From IMG/VR virus record IMGVR_UViG_3300010429_000409, positions 1 to 64,000 of that record: a stretch of DNA of 64,000 nucleotides. One strand, written 5' to 3'. Below are positions 37,477-45,422 of the stretch, in pieces; position 1 is the first letter of the stretch; every line of letters starts with the position of its first letter. The translations under genes and the position numbers were made by a program. The notes under the pieces are model-generated. The model had not been told where the DNA came from. It worked only from the letters and a program-made list of their open reading frames with translations, and made no database searches. This DNA comes from a virus. Lineage: Duplodnaviria; Caudoviricetes.

Positions 37477-37524
37477 GGTGGCCCCGAGTATAACCCTTTC
37501 ACCGTTCCCACAAAACTTCTCCAA

Positions 37525-38004
37525 TCACACGATGGGCTGTGGTCCAGGCCCGGGAGGTGGCGGCCAGTTGGCCAAGCCTCCCAGCGTGTTGGCATGAAGC
37601 ACAGCTGCGATTGCCGTCATGGCATCCTCTTTGCTGGCTTCTGCTGCGATGTTTGCGGCAAAAACAGCTTCCAGCGCCGCTTGGATTGCTGCCAAAGTCG
37701 TTGGCGGAACAGCAGCCAGCGTTCCGGCCCAAATGCTGGATGCGGCAGATGCCACAACGCCCCAGTATGCTGTGATGCCGGTCATGATGGCTGCCGCTCC
37801 TGCCGTCGAAAGGCCCACCAGCCCGGCCTGCATGGCGCTCTTTGCAGCTGCAGTTGAACCTGGAGCAACTGGCACTCCCATGGTTGCTGCGTCCTGGAAA
37901 TAGTTGTCAAATGCCACAGCCCAGGCTTCCGCCGCTTCAGCCTCGGTTCCATACAGCCCCAAGGCCATCAACTCATCTTTCATCTTGGCTTCTGTCAGCG
38001 CCAT
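37525..38004 (-). CDS. hypothetical Ala-rich baseplate-region protein
   Basis: 159 aa ORF in the operon. Confidence 0.65.
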   Translation of the reverse strand: MALTEAKMKDELMALGLYGTEAEAAEAWAVAFDNYFQDAATMGVPVAPGSTAAAKSAMQAGLVGLSTAGAAAIMTGITAYWGVVASAASSIWAGTLAAVPPTTLAAIQAALEAVFAANIAAEASKEDAMTAIAAVLHANTLGGLANWPPPPGPGPQPIV

Positions 38005-38007
38005 TTG

Positions 38008-38229
38008 TCAGATCACACCTTTCCAAAAATCTTTTTCCATTTTCTCTTTGAATCCATGCTCTCCACCCGGAGGCCCCATGGAGGCGCCGCATTCAGGGCA
38101 CTTGAGTTGATTGCAAGGGTTGCCACGTGGATGTTCAACAATTTGTCCACACTTTGGGCACTCGCATGTCGCTTTTCCGCCTTGCTGCTCAGCCCCTCCG
38201 CCTTGGCCTTGTTCCTTCTTGATTTCCAC
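38008..38229 (-). CDS. small Cys/Zn-finger protein with scaffold-like C-terminal tail
   Basis: GAGGAG RBS 7 nt before the GTG at 38229; CECPKCG...HPRGNPC...CPECG; ends KDFWKGVI. Confidence 0.7.
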   Translation of the reverse strand: MEIKKEQGQGGGAEQQGGKATCECPKCGQIVEHPRGNPCNQLKCPECGASMGPPGGEHGFKEKMEKDFWKGVI

Positions 38230-38240
38230 TTTATCACTCC

Positions 38241-38588
38241 TCAATCCAATGGGCACGGAATCATGATTGGAAGAGTCGGCAATGCCGGAATCACAGGCAA
38301 CGCCGGAGGCATTGGGATGGGCAAGGCCAACGGTGGCAAGGGTGGCAATGGCATCCCTGGAAGCATCATGGGGATGGGCGGCAACGCCGGAATCGCTGGC
38401 AGCACCGGGATGGCCGGTGGCATCGGGATGGGAAGTGCCAAGGGTGGCAACGGTGGCAATGGCATCCCTGGGAATGGAGGGATGGGTGGGACTGGCAGCA
38501 CGGGCAGCACCGGCAGCACAGGAATGGCAGGAGGCACCGGAATAGGCAGCGCAAGCGGAGGCAACGGTGGTGTCAGGCACTTGCTCAT
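38241..38588 (-). CDS. proline-rich repeat protein
   Basis: ATGA-coupled to the spike gene; three PPLPPLALPIP/PLPPLALPIP repeats with varied third codon positions; one Cys near each end. Confidence 0.65.
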   Translation of the reverse strand: MSKCLTPPLPPLALPIPVPPAIPVLPVLPVLPVPPIPPFPGMPLPPLPPLALPIPMPPAIPVLPAIPALPPIPMMLPGMPLPPLPPLALPIPMPPALPVIPALPTLPIMIPCPLD

Positions 38589-39460
38589 TCCAAAAACACC
38601 TTCTGGCTCAGGATCTGTGCTGTTGGGATTGGAGTGCCTGCGGTCGGAGGTCCGCTTGGCCCGGTTCCGGTCGGATGAATGTGGCCGTCATGCAGCATCA
38701 CCATCTTGTTCCCAAGCACAGCCGGTTCCACCTCAGAGGCCAGGATCACTTTCCCGCCTTCCACCTTGGCTGTCTTGCAGCTGATGACCACATTGCTCTG
38801 CCCCAGCACCTGGATCAACCCATCCTTCATCTCGATGATGCCGCCGCTCTTGTCAATCATCTTCAGCGAGGTATCATCAGCGCTGATGACGTTCCCGTTG
38901 GCCTCCATCAGCGTGAAGCACTTGTTTTTGGCATCCAAGGACAGCACTGTGCCCAACATGTTCGCCAACGACACAGAGCCCTCGTTGTCAAAGGCGATGA
39001 ATGACCACTTGTCCTCACCCTCAGCGGTTTTCTTGTGCCAGCTCAAACGGACAGTTTCTTGCCCCTCGGTGTCATCAAACATCAGCATGTGCCCCATAGG
39101 GGTCATGAACCCGCGCCGCTTCCCGTAGTTGGTTTTGAGGTCATCAGGAATCGGCCGTGGCGCTGGTGTGGATTCATCTGTTCCACCCCACCAACGCTTC
39201 CCTCGCCAGTTGATGACCGGGTTGAACACTGCCGATTCCATGAAGCTGACATCCCGGTCGGATGACGTCACAATCTCGATTTCCACAGCCTCATCGACAT
39301 CTGGCACCAAGAAGAATCCCCACTCAAACACAGGCTCAATCCAATGGCTGATTGGCTTCTTGTCAGTCCCAGTCCAATCGGGGCAGACCACCTTGATGCG
39401 GCCACGTTGCTCTGGGTCCTGGTTGTCCACAACCCTGGCGTTGTACCTCTGCGTGCCCAT
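38585..39460 (-). CDS. baseplate central spike (gpV/gp5-like)
   Basis: OB fold VVDNQDPEQRGRIKV...P.V.E.V.I; T.MGH.L.FDD beta-helix; C-terminal HIH metal-binding tip. Confidence 0.88.
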   Translation of the reverse strand: MGTQRYNARVVDNQDPEQRGRIKVVCPDWTGTDKKPISHWIEPVFEWGFFLVPDVDEAVEIEIVTSSDRDVSFMESAVFNPVINWRGKRWWGGTDESTPAPRPIPDDLKTNYGKRRGFMTPMGHMLMFDDTEGQETVRLSWHKKTAEGEDKWSFIAFDNEGSVSLANMLGTVLSLDAKNKCFTLMEANGNVISADDTSLKMIDKSGGIIEMKDGLIQVLGQSNVVISCKTAKVEGGKVILASEVEPAVLGNKMVMLHDGHIHPTGTGPSGPPTAGTPIPTAQILSQKVFLE

Positions 39461-40659
39461 CACACAACCTTCCTGGCAGAAAAGTCGCAGGTGTAACCGG
39501 CCTCCGAACCGAACAGATGGCGCACACGGCTGAAATACCACTTGCCATCGTATGGCGGACCAAGCCCTTCAATGTCATGCTCTTGGCGTGACATCAGATT
39601 CTCGATGCCAATGACCACCCCATTCCCGGTCATGAAGTTTTCCCGGTTCCGGGCAAACCATGACTTGGCCCAGCGTTTGATCTTGGCCATGCTGTTCATG
39701 TTTCCAGCAGCTGAGAAGGCAAACGAGAAATCGCCCACGTACAATTTCACAGCTTCAGCTGAGGTGAACTGCTTCACATCTTCCTTTGGGTCACCAGCAT
39801 ACAACGGGTCCTCAGCTTGCGGGGAATCATCCACCTCGATGGTGTCCTCACCAAGAGTGCCCCACCTGATTCCCTCTGATGTCTGGTAGTATCCCAACGC
39901 CTGGACTCTGAGCTTGGTGAACTTCTCCGTGAAATTCATCTCAGGCTCGAATCGCATCAGGGTGCTCAATTCCTTGGCCCCATATTTGAACTTGTAGCGT
40001 TTGACCTGATTCTTGAGGATGTTGGCTGGGTCCTTGAAGTGCAGGGTCCACACGCCTTTGACATCAGCATCCACCCACATGTAGAACCCTGTCAGGTTGG
40101 ACAAACCACGCAGATACTCAGCCGCTGTCATCCCGGCTGGCCAATCTAGGTTGCCCACCTCATCAAGGTCGATGGGGTCAACATCCGTCTGCAGCCCAAG
40201 GTCAGAACCGATCTTGGCCACAGCATCCCCGATGGTGATGTCACCAAAAGTTGTCAGGATCTTTTTCTTCTGGCCCTTGGCCTTTTCAACTGTCCCTTCC
40301 TCATCAGGGTCCGGCTGCTTGTGAGCAAACACCCAGTCTTTTGAATAGCCCATGATCTCCAGGGATGGCACGCCATCCTCCGGGAAATTGATCTTGGGCC
40401 GCACAATCACCACCCGGCCGATGTGGGACAGCTTCTGCCCCCAACCCAGCCACAACGACACCTCGTTGTATGGTTGAAAGATTTTGGATGAAGAAAGCAC
40501 CATGTCCGGATTGGACACCACAATCTTCATCACATCAGCGATTGAATCGCTGCTCTCATACTCGATTGATTGGATGAAGTCAGACACATTGGCAGTAACA
40601 TCCTGCCCTTCCACATGGACCGCAAACCCAGCTGCCACGTTGTCAGGGAATTCAGCCAT
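39460..40659 (-). CDS. baseplate hub / late control D-like protein
   Basis: V.LWLGW, YL..L....GF and G.WY...V.H....GYT.F pattern; directly before the spike. Confidence 0.8.
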   Translation of the reverse strand: MAEFPDNVAAGFAVHVEGQDVTANVSDFIQSIEYESSDSIADVMKIVVSNPDMVLSSSKIFQPYNEVSLWLGWGQKLSHIGRVVIVRPKINFPEDGVPSLEIMGYSKDWVFAHKQPDPDEEGTVEKAKGQKKKILTTFGDITIGDAVAKIGSDLGLQTDVDPIDLDEVGNLDWPAGMTAAEYLRGLSNLTGFYMWVDADVKGVWTLHFKDPANILKNQVKRYKFKYGAKELSTLMRFEPEMNFTEKFTKLRVQALGYYQTSEGIRWGTLGEDTIEVDDSPQAEDPLYAGDPKEDVKQFTSAEAVKLYVGDFSFAFSAAGNMNSMAKIKRWAKSWFARNRENFMTGNGVVIGIENLMSRQEHDIEGLGPPYDGKWYFSRVRHLFGSEAGYTCDFSARKVV

Positions 40660-40662
40660 CAG

Positions 40663-41430
40663 CTACCCCAACACCACATGCGATAGGAAGCTGCGATTGC
40701 GCTTGTCGAACATGTCCAGCCGGAGCCTCCGCTGCGGTGTGTCCTTGGGGGTGTATCCATTCCCCAACTGGATGCTCTTCTGCTCCACCACCTCAGTCCT
40801 CAGCGCCCCGATGGAAGGCAGCTTGATGACATCGCCCGTGATCAGATTGGGCATCGATGGGTTGCGCTTCCGGATGATGTCACCCATGAGCGGGTCACCG
40901 TATTCACGGTGGCAAATCAGCTCATAGTAGTCACCGAATTTGGCGTGGTGATACCTGGACTCACCGGGCGCCACTGTCTCCAGCGACCAGGGGACAAACT
41001 CCTTGAGGGTGACTTCAAACGACACCTCGTGGAGTGAACCATCACCCCTTGGCTCACCGTATGCGATGTTGCTGATGGACTCGATGAAACACTTGCGCAG
41101 CCGGAGGTGCGAGTCACCAACCCAGAACGCCAAGATGGGTGGCCGCTTGAGGTCCGGGTCCATCTTGGCCCATGACACCAGCAGATCCAACTTTTTGAGC
41201 ACGGTGTCAAAAATGGTCTCAGCAAAGAATCGCCCCCGGAATGAGACCACCTCCGCATTGCCTCTGATGAACTGATGGATGGGATTGGGCCTGGTTGGGG
41301 TGGAAGCCTCCGCCCAGGATGCAGTGACTGTCCTGGTCACGTCCTCGGCCGGGAATTGTCCGCTCAATTCCTCGCCAGTGATTTCATAGTCCGCCAGCAC
41401 CCAAGTTTTCAGCGGATTGCCCATGGCCAC
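40663..41430 (-). CDS. tail tube initiator with LysM-like C-terminal domain
   Basis: RPP.L.F...C.IES...V.L.EF and GD.Y.LI....YGDP.....I...N......G..I.LP. Confidence 0.75.
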   Translation of the reverse strand: MAMGNPLKTWVLADYEITGEELSGQFPAEDVTRTVTASWAEASTPTRPNPIHQFIRGNAEVVSFRGRFFAETIFDTVLKKLDLLVSWAKMDPDLKRPPILAFWVGDSHLRLRKCFIESISNIAYGEPRGDGSLHEVSFEVTLKEFVPWSLETVAPGESRYHHAKFGDYYELICHREYGDPLMGDIIRKRNPSMPNLITGDVIKLPSIGALRTEVVEQKSIQLGNGYTPKDTPQRRLRLDMFDKRNRSFLSHVVLG

Positions 41431-41436
41431 CTCTCA

Positions 41437-43860
41437 TCACGGACGGGTCGGCAACGCGGCATACTCGGCCGCTGCTCTGCGTTGCCACCAGTTGGCCTTG
41501 AATCCGGCCCGCTCCTGGATTTCCTTGTTCTGGTTGGCAACAGCAAAGGCCACCTCTTTGCCGTTCACACACATGGAGTTTTTGATTTCCAGCTGGCGCT
41601 TGTCCTCCAGCTTCACATCCACATTGACTTGGGGGCGCTTTTCACGCTTCCCGCCAACCTCCATCTCAGCTTCCCGGCTTGCTTCCTCTTGCAGCTTGAC
41701 CCACTTTTCAGCCTCCGCCTTCAGTTCTTTCTGGTGCTGCTTGCTCTGCTCAGCAATCATGTTCCTGATGCGGTTGATGCGTCTGGCTTCCTTCCTGTAT
41801 TCATCCTCGCCAATGATGCCGAGGTCCTGCTTGATTCCAATCCACACAGACTCCACATCTGCAAAAAAGTCCTCAAGGCTGTCTCTGGACTCAATGATCC
41901 ACTTGCCGATTGCATCAAAGAATCCGGCAATGACATTCATCACCTTGAGGAAGGTGGAGCCAATGAACTTCCCAGCATCATGGAATCCGGCCTTCATGTG
42001 CCCAGTGGTTTCAGTTGTGTCTCTGAACAGCCAGCCAAAGAGTGAATCAAAAATCCTCCCGATGGCTGAGAAGATTTGCTTGATGGTCACCCACACCTGG
42101 CCCCACATGGACATGAAGCCTCTGATGAACTCCCCGATGGTGTCATCCAGGAAGGTGAAGATTTTGGCGAATACATCCATGATGCCTTCGCCTTCCTTCT
42201 TGGTTGCTATGAGCATCCCAATCAGCAACGCAAAAGCAATCCCAAGCGGGGACAGGAAAGCAGCCTTGATGAACAGCGCCATCCCCTTCAAGAGGTGCAG
42301 GATTCCAACCAAAGCTGGCCACAGGATCTTCTTGGCAATCAGCCCGATGATTGCCATGGCCCCGCCAACAGGAATCAAGATGGTGCTGAAGGCAGCAAAC
42401 TTGGCCACAAACTCTGAAATCTTCCCGTACACCTTTGGGCCAAATGCACTCTTCAGGCTGTTCCCGAAGTTGGACACCGTCTCAATCAACCCAGCCCAGG
42501 CATCCTTCATCCACTTGGCAGCGTTCACCAGCCCCATGGCAATCGACGGGATGGCCTCGCCGTGCTTCTCAGCCAACTCGCCCAGAATCCGCTCCTGCTC
42601 GTTGGCATCCCCCTGGGCAGCTGACAATGCTCGGAAGGAAGCCACGATGGCCTCCACTCCCAAGAATGCGCTCTTGATCATGTCGCTCAAAGGCTCCAAC
42701 ACCGGAGCCATGAACAGCTTGGCGCCTTCCTCGATTCCACCCTTGAGTCTGCCCCAATAGTCCAGGATGTTCTTGTGGCGCTCATCGGCCATCCGCTCCG
42801 CAGCGCCGGTCACGTCATCCAATGACTCCATCGTTTTTTGGTATGTCTCAGCCTGCCTGTTCAAGGCGTTGTACACGCGGGAACCTTTGATGCCAAACAA
42901 CTCCTGGATCAATGCCGTCCGCTTGTACTGGTTGGGGATGGCATCCAATCGCTTTTGAAACTGTCCAACAATCTTGTTCAGCGGCAGCATCTTTCCTGAC
43001 GCATCCGTCATGGAAATGCCCCACTGCTGTATGGTCTGTTGGGCAATTGCGCTTGGCTTCATCAGCCGATTGAACATGTCACCCAGAGCCAGCCCGGCCC
43101 GCTTGCCACGCTCCCCTTCCCTCGACATGATGCCAAAGATGGCCGCTGTATCCTCGACACTGAGCCCCAGGTCCCTGGCAACAACTCCGCCCTCCTTGAA
43201 AGTCGTGGCCAGTTCCTTCATGTTGATTCCGGACTGCTGCGAGACAACGGTGAAAACATCGACCGTCTTGGACAGATCGCTGAAATCCATCCCCATCCTG
43301 CGTACCACAGGCATCAGGACATCAGCCGCCTCGCCCATGTCGATGGCCATGGCAGCTGCAAAGTTTGAAACACCTCCGATGCCCTTCATGATCTCTTCAT
43401 ATCGGGCTCCGGCCACAGCCATCCGGTTCATTCCCCGGATTGCCTCTTCAGTTCCTTGCCAGCCGGAGGTGCCGATGTCTTTGGCACGCTCTGTGATGAC
43501 CTTCAACTGCTCGGCCGTGAGGTTGGCTTCAGCCGATAGGTTGGACAGGCTTTTTTGCTCTTGCGCTGCGCCCTTCAGCGCCTTCATCATGCCATATGCC
43601 ATGGGCAAGGCGGCAACAAACAACCCCATGGCAGCTGCTTTGAGCTTCCCTAGCCCAAGCCCGATTGCAGCAAATGCAGGGCCAAAATTGGTGATGAGGT
43701 GGGCCTTGACTCTCATGGCAGCAGCGCCAACCGTGGTTGCCATGGTCTGCGCTGCTACAGAAAGCCTCCGGAATCCTGCTTGAGCGGTCTGGAGCCCCAC
43801 CATTGCTGGGTTGGAGTTGAAGGTGAGCACCCCGCCAAGTCCGATGCTCTCAAAAGCCAT
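41437..43860 (-). CDS. tail tape measure protein (TP901 family)
   Basis: 807 aa helical, Ala/Gly-rich; G.RAG.AL..M..RL..P and LFG..G core; hydrophobic W/F-periodic C-half. Confidence 0.92.
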   Translation of the reverse strand: MAFESIGLGGVLTFNSNPAMVGLQTAQAGFRRLSVAAQTMATTVGAAAMRVKAHLITNFGPAFAAIGLGLGKLKAAAMGLFVAALPMAYGMMKALKGAAQEQKSLSNLSAEANLTAEQLKVITERAKDIGTSGWQGTEEAIRGMNRMAVAGARYEEIMKGIGGVSNFAAAMAIDMGEAADVLMPVVRRMGMDFSDLSKTVDVFTVVSQQSGINMKELATTFKEGGVVARDLGLSVEDTAAIFGIMSREGERGKRAGLALGDMFNRLMKPSAIAQQTIQQWGISMTDASGKMLPLNKIVGQFQKRLDAIPNQYKRTALIQELFGIKGSRVYNALNRQAETYQKTMESLDDVTGAAERMADERHKNILDYWGRLKGGIEEGAKLFMAPVLEPLSDMIKSAFLGVEAIVASFRALSAAQGDANEQERILGELAEKHGEAIPSIAMGLVNAAKWMKDAWAGLIETVSNFGNSLKSAFGPKVYGKISEFVAKFAAFSTILIPVGGAMAIIGLIAKKILWPALVGILHLLKGMALFIKAAFLSPLGIAFALLIGMLIATKKEGEGIMDVFAKIFTFLDDTIGEFIRGFMSMWGQVWVTIKQIFSAIGRIFDSLFGWLFRDTTETTGHMKAGFHDAGKFIGSTFLKVMNVIAGFFDAIGKWIIESRDSLEDFFADVESVWIGIKQDLGIIGEDEYRKEARRINRIRNMIAEQSKQHQKELKAEAEKWVKLQEEASREAEMEVGGKREKRPQVNVDVKLEDKRQLEIKNSMCVNGKEVAFAVANQNKEIQERAGFKANWWQRRAAAEYAALPTRP

Positions 43861-43869
43861 TGCCCAGCC

Positions 43870-44019
43870 TCACTTCTTGTTGTACGCCTTCCACTCTTTT
43901 CGCTTCTGCTTCAGCATCCGCTCCAAGTACCACTCCCGGTCAGCCGAAGGCATTTCTTCAATGTCCCTGTATGTCAAACCCTTCATGTTGTACATCAACA
44001 TGAACACCTCTTCCCGCAT
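43870..44019 (-). CDS. small tail-assembly ORF (T4 gp51-like; the -1 frame of the chaperone)
   Basis: Not in the ORF track. MREEVFMLMYNMKGLTYRDIEEMPSADREWYLERMLKQKRKEWKAYNKK; the frame is open back to the slippery site and the ATG overlaps the upstream TGA. Confidence 0.75.
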   Translation of the reverse strand: MREEVFMLMYNMKGLTYRDIEEMPSADREWYLERMLKQKRKEWKAYNKK

Positions 44020-44870
44020 CAAGTCCCTGCTCTTGATCGGGAAGAGACACCGAAAAAACCCTCACCCGTCCAGTCGATGGATGCCTTGAAGTCCTGCTTG
44101 CACTTCTTGCACCTGGCATCCACGGACAAATCGGCCCCAACCGCGTTGAGGTCGATGAGAGCAGCCAGGCGCTCGAAATCCAGCTTGTGCATCATGTCCA
44201 GTTCTGTCGGTGCCAACACCACCTGCCCCTCGATGCCTTCGATGCCGATGACAGAGCCATGGATCATGGCAGCCTTGATCTCGCCCGGGTTCCGCCCCAT
44301 GTTGTCGGTGACAGCTTCCAGGGTTGCCCAACGCGGAGGTCCGATGAGCAGCTTGGTGGCCTTCTTGGACCTCACATCAAACGGCCTGCGAGGCTCGAAC
44401 CACCACTGGGCTTCCTCCGCCTTTGCCACAGCCCTGATCACCGTCGTGCCTAGATCGGCCTCAAAAGGCACTTCTGCCAGGCAGGCTGGACACCGGAGGT
44501 CCATGCCCACATTCTCCCCCATGGTCTGCACCCGCAGCCAGATATAGGCAAAGAACACGTCAGCCATCCACATCTGGCCGATGGCCGCCTGCCGCTCCGG
44601 TTCCTTCATGGTGGTGAAGTCATATGGCCCCAACTTGGTGCACATCACGGACAGCACGCTGGGGACATATTGGCTGACCTTGGCGCCCTTCAGCCGGTCG
44701 ATGAGCGCCCCCACCTCCCGTTCCTCTTTCATGCGCCACTCACGCACCTCGATGGTGCGGTTGGGCGCCCCAGACTTGTCGATGATCCCCACTGGAAGGG
44801 TGGGGCCATTGTCAACCAAGGACTTGTCCGTGGTGACGATGGTTCGCTTGATCTCAGGAATCTGGTTCAC
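44019..44870 (-). CDS. tail assembly chaperone (T4 gp26-like, two CxxC)
   Basis: Between tube and tape measure; D...AYIWLR..T.G, RCPAC, RCKKC; ends in G-F-F at the slippery site. Confidence 0.75.
   Translation of the reverse strand: MNQIPEIKRTIVTTDKSLVDNGPTLPVGIIDKSGAPNRTIEVREWRMKEEREVGALIDRLKGAKVSQYVPSVLSVMCTKLGPYDFTTMKEPERQAAIGQMWMADVFFAYIWLRVQTMGENVGMDLRCPACLAEVPFEADLGTTVIRAVAKAEEAQWWFEPRRPFDVRSKKATKLLIGPPRWATLEAVTDNMGRNPGEIKAAMIHGSVIGIEGIEGQVVLAPTELDMMHKLDFERLAALIDLNAVGADLSVDARCKKCKQDFKASIDWTGEGFFGVSSRSRAGT
44053..44061 (-). other. programmed -1 ribosomal frameshift site G GGT TTT TT
   Basis: X XXY YYZ heptamer in the correct phase near the chaperone 3' end; the -1 frame is open to 43870. 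Confidence 0.7.
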
Positions 44871-44950
44871 GGTTCACCTCCAGTTGGCACAACCTCCGGC
44901 TGCGCCTTGTTAGGTCCAACCGTTCAGGAAGGCTTGACACCTCCGCCAGG

Positions 44951-45388
44951 TCAGATGGGCAGGATGTCGTCCGCTCTGAACGTCCACTCCACAGCCGCCA
45001 TCTCACCCTCGTTGGCCATCTCCAGGTCCGGCAGCGCCCGCTTGCTGGGGAACAGCCCCAACAGGCTGTAGGTGCGCAGCACGTTGCCCGTGATGGACTG
45101 GTGCACGAGGGTCGCAGGCAACTTGTAGGTCGGCAGCACCGGGTCCTGCGCTGAACTGAACCACAGCTCCATGGCGGCCTGTTCCGCAAGGTGGTGCATC
45201 GGCAGCTTGCCGGTGAACTCGATGGCCTTGGTGTTGCCGCCCGAGGCCACGGTGCGGTCAGGCAGTTCCGCCACCTCCAACTCTTCCTCGATGCCGCTCA
45301 CCTCCGTGAAGGTCAACGGAGGCATCCCAAGCACCAGCAGCTGGTACTTGTTCACTGGGATGTGGTCACCCTGAATCGCGCCTTTCAT
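44951..45388 (-). CDS. tail tube protein (T4 gp19-like)
   Basis: 145 aa after the sheath; FTEVSGI, W, and Y.L...FP.K....L......A.E pattern. Confidence 0.88.
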   Translation of the reverse strand: MKGAIQGDHIPVNKYQLLVLGMPPLTFTEVSGIEEELEVAELPDRTVASGGNTKAIEFTGKLPMHHLAEQAAMELWFSSAQDPVLPTYKLPATLVHQSITGNVLRTYSLLGLFPSKRALPDLEMANEGEMAAVEWTFRADDILPI

Positions 45389-45422
45389 GGTATCACCTCG
45401 CCCTTTCCCTTGTCAGCGTTGG

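Noticed and set aside
37477-37527. TGA readthrough from ORF 37525-38004 into the gp25-like gene (in frame)
   Set aside because: Chance in-frame spacing is likely, and the spacer contains a TATACT that looks more like an internal promoter element.
38230-38580. N-terminal 117 aa of the 190-aa ORF 38008-38580
   Set aside because: Alternative frame of the Pro-rich gene; the Cys-rich part has its own RBS and GTG at 38229.
38005-38784. Gly-rich collagen/PE-PGRS-like plus-strand ORF
   Set aside because: Mirror of the Pro-rich gene, against the direction of every neighbouring gene.
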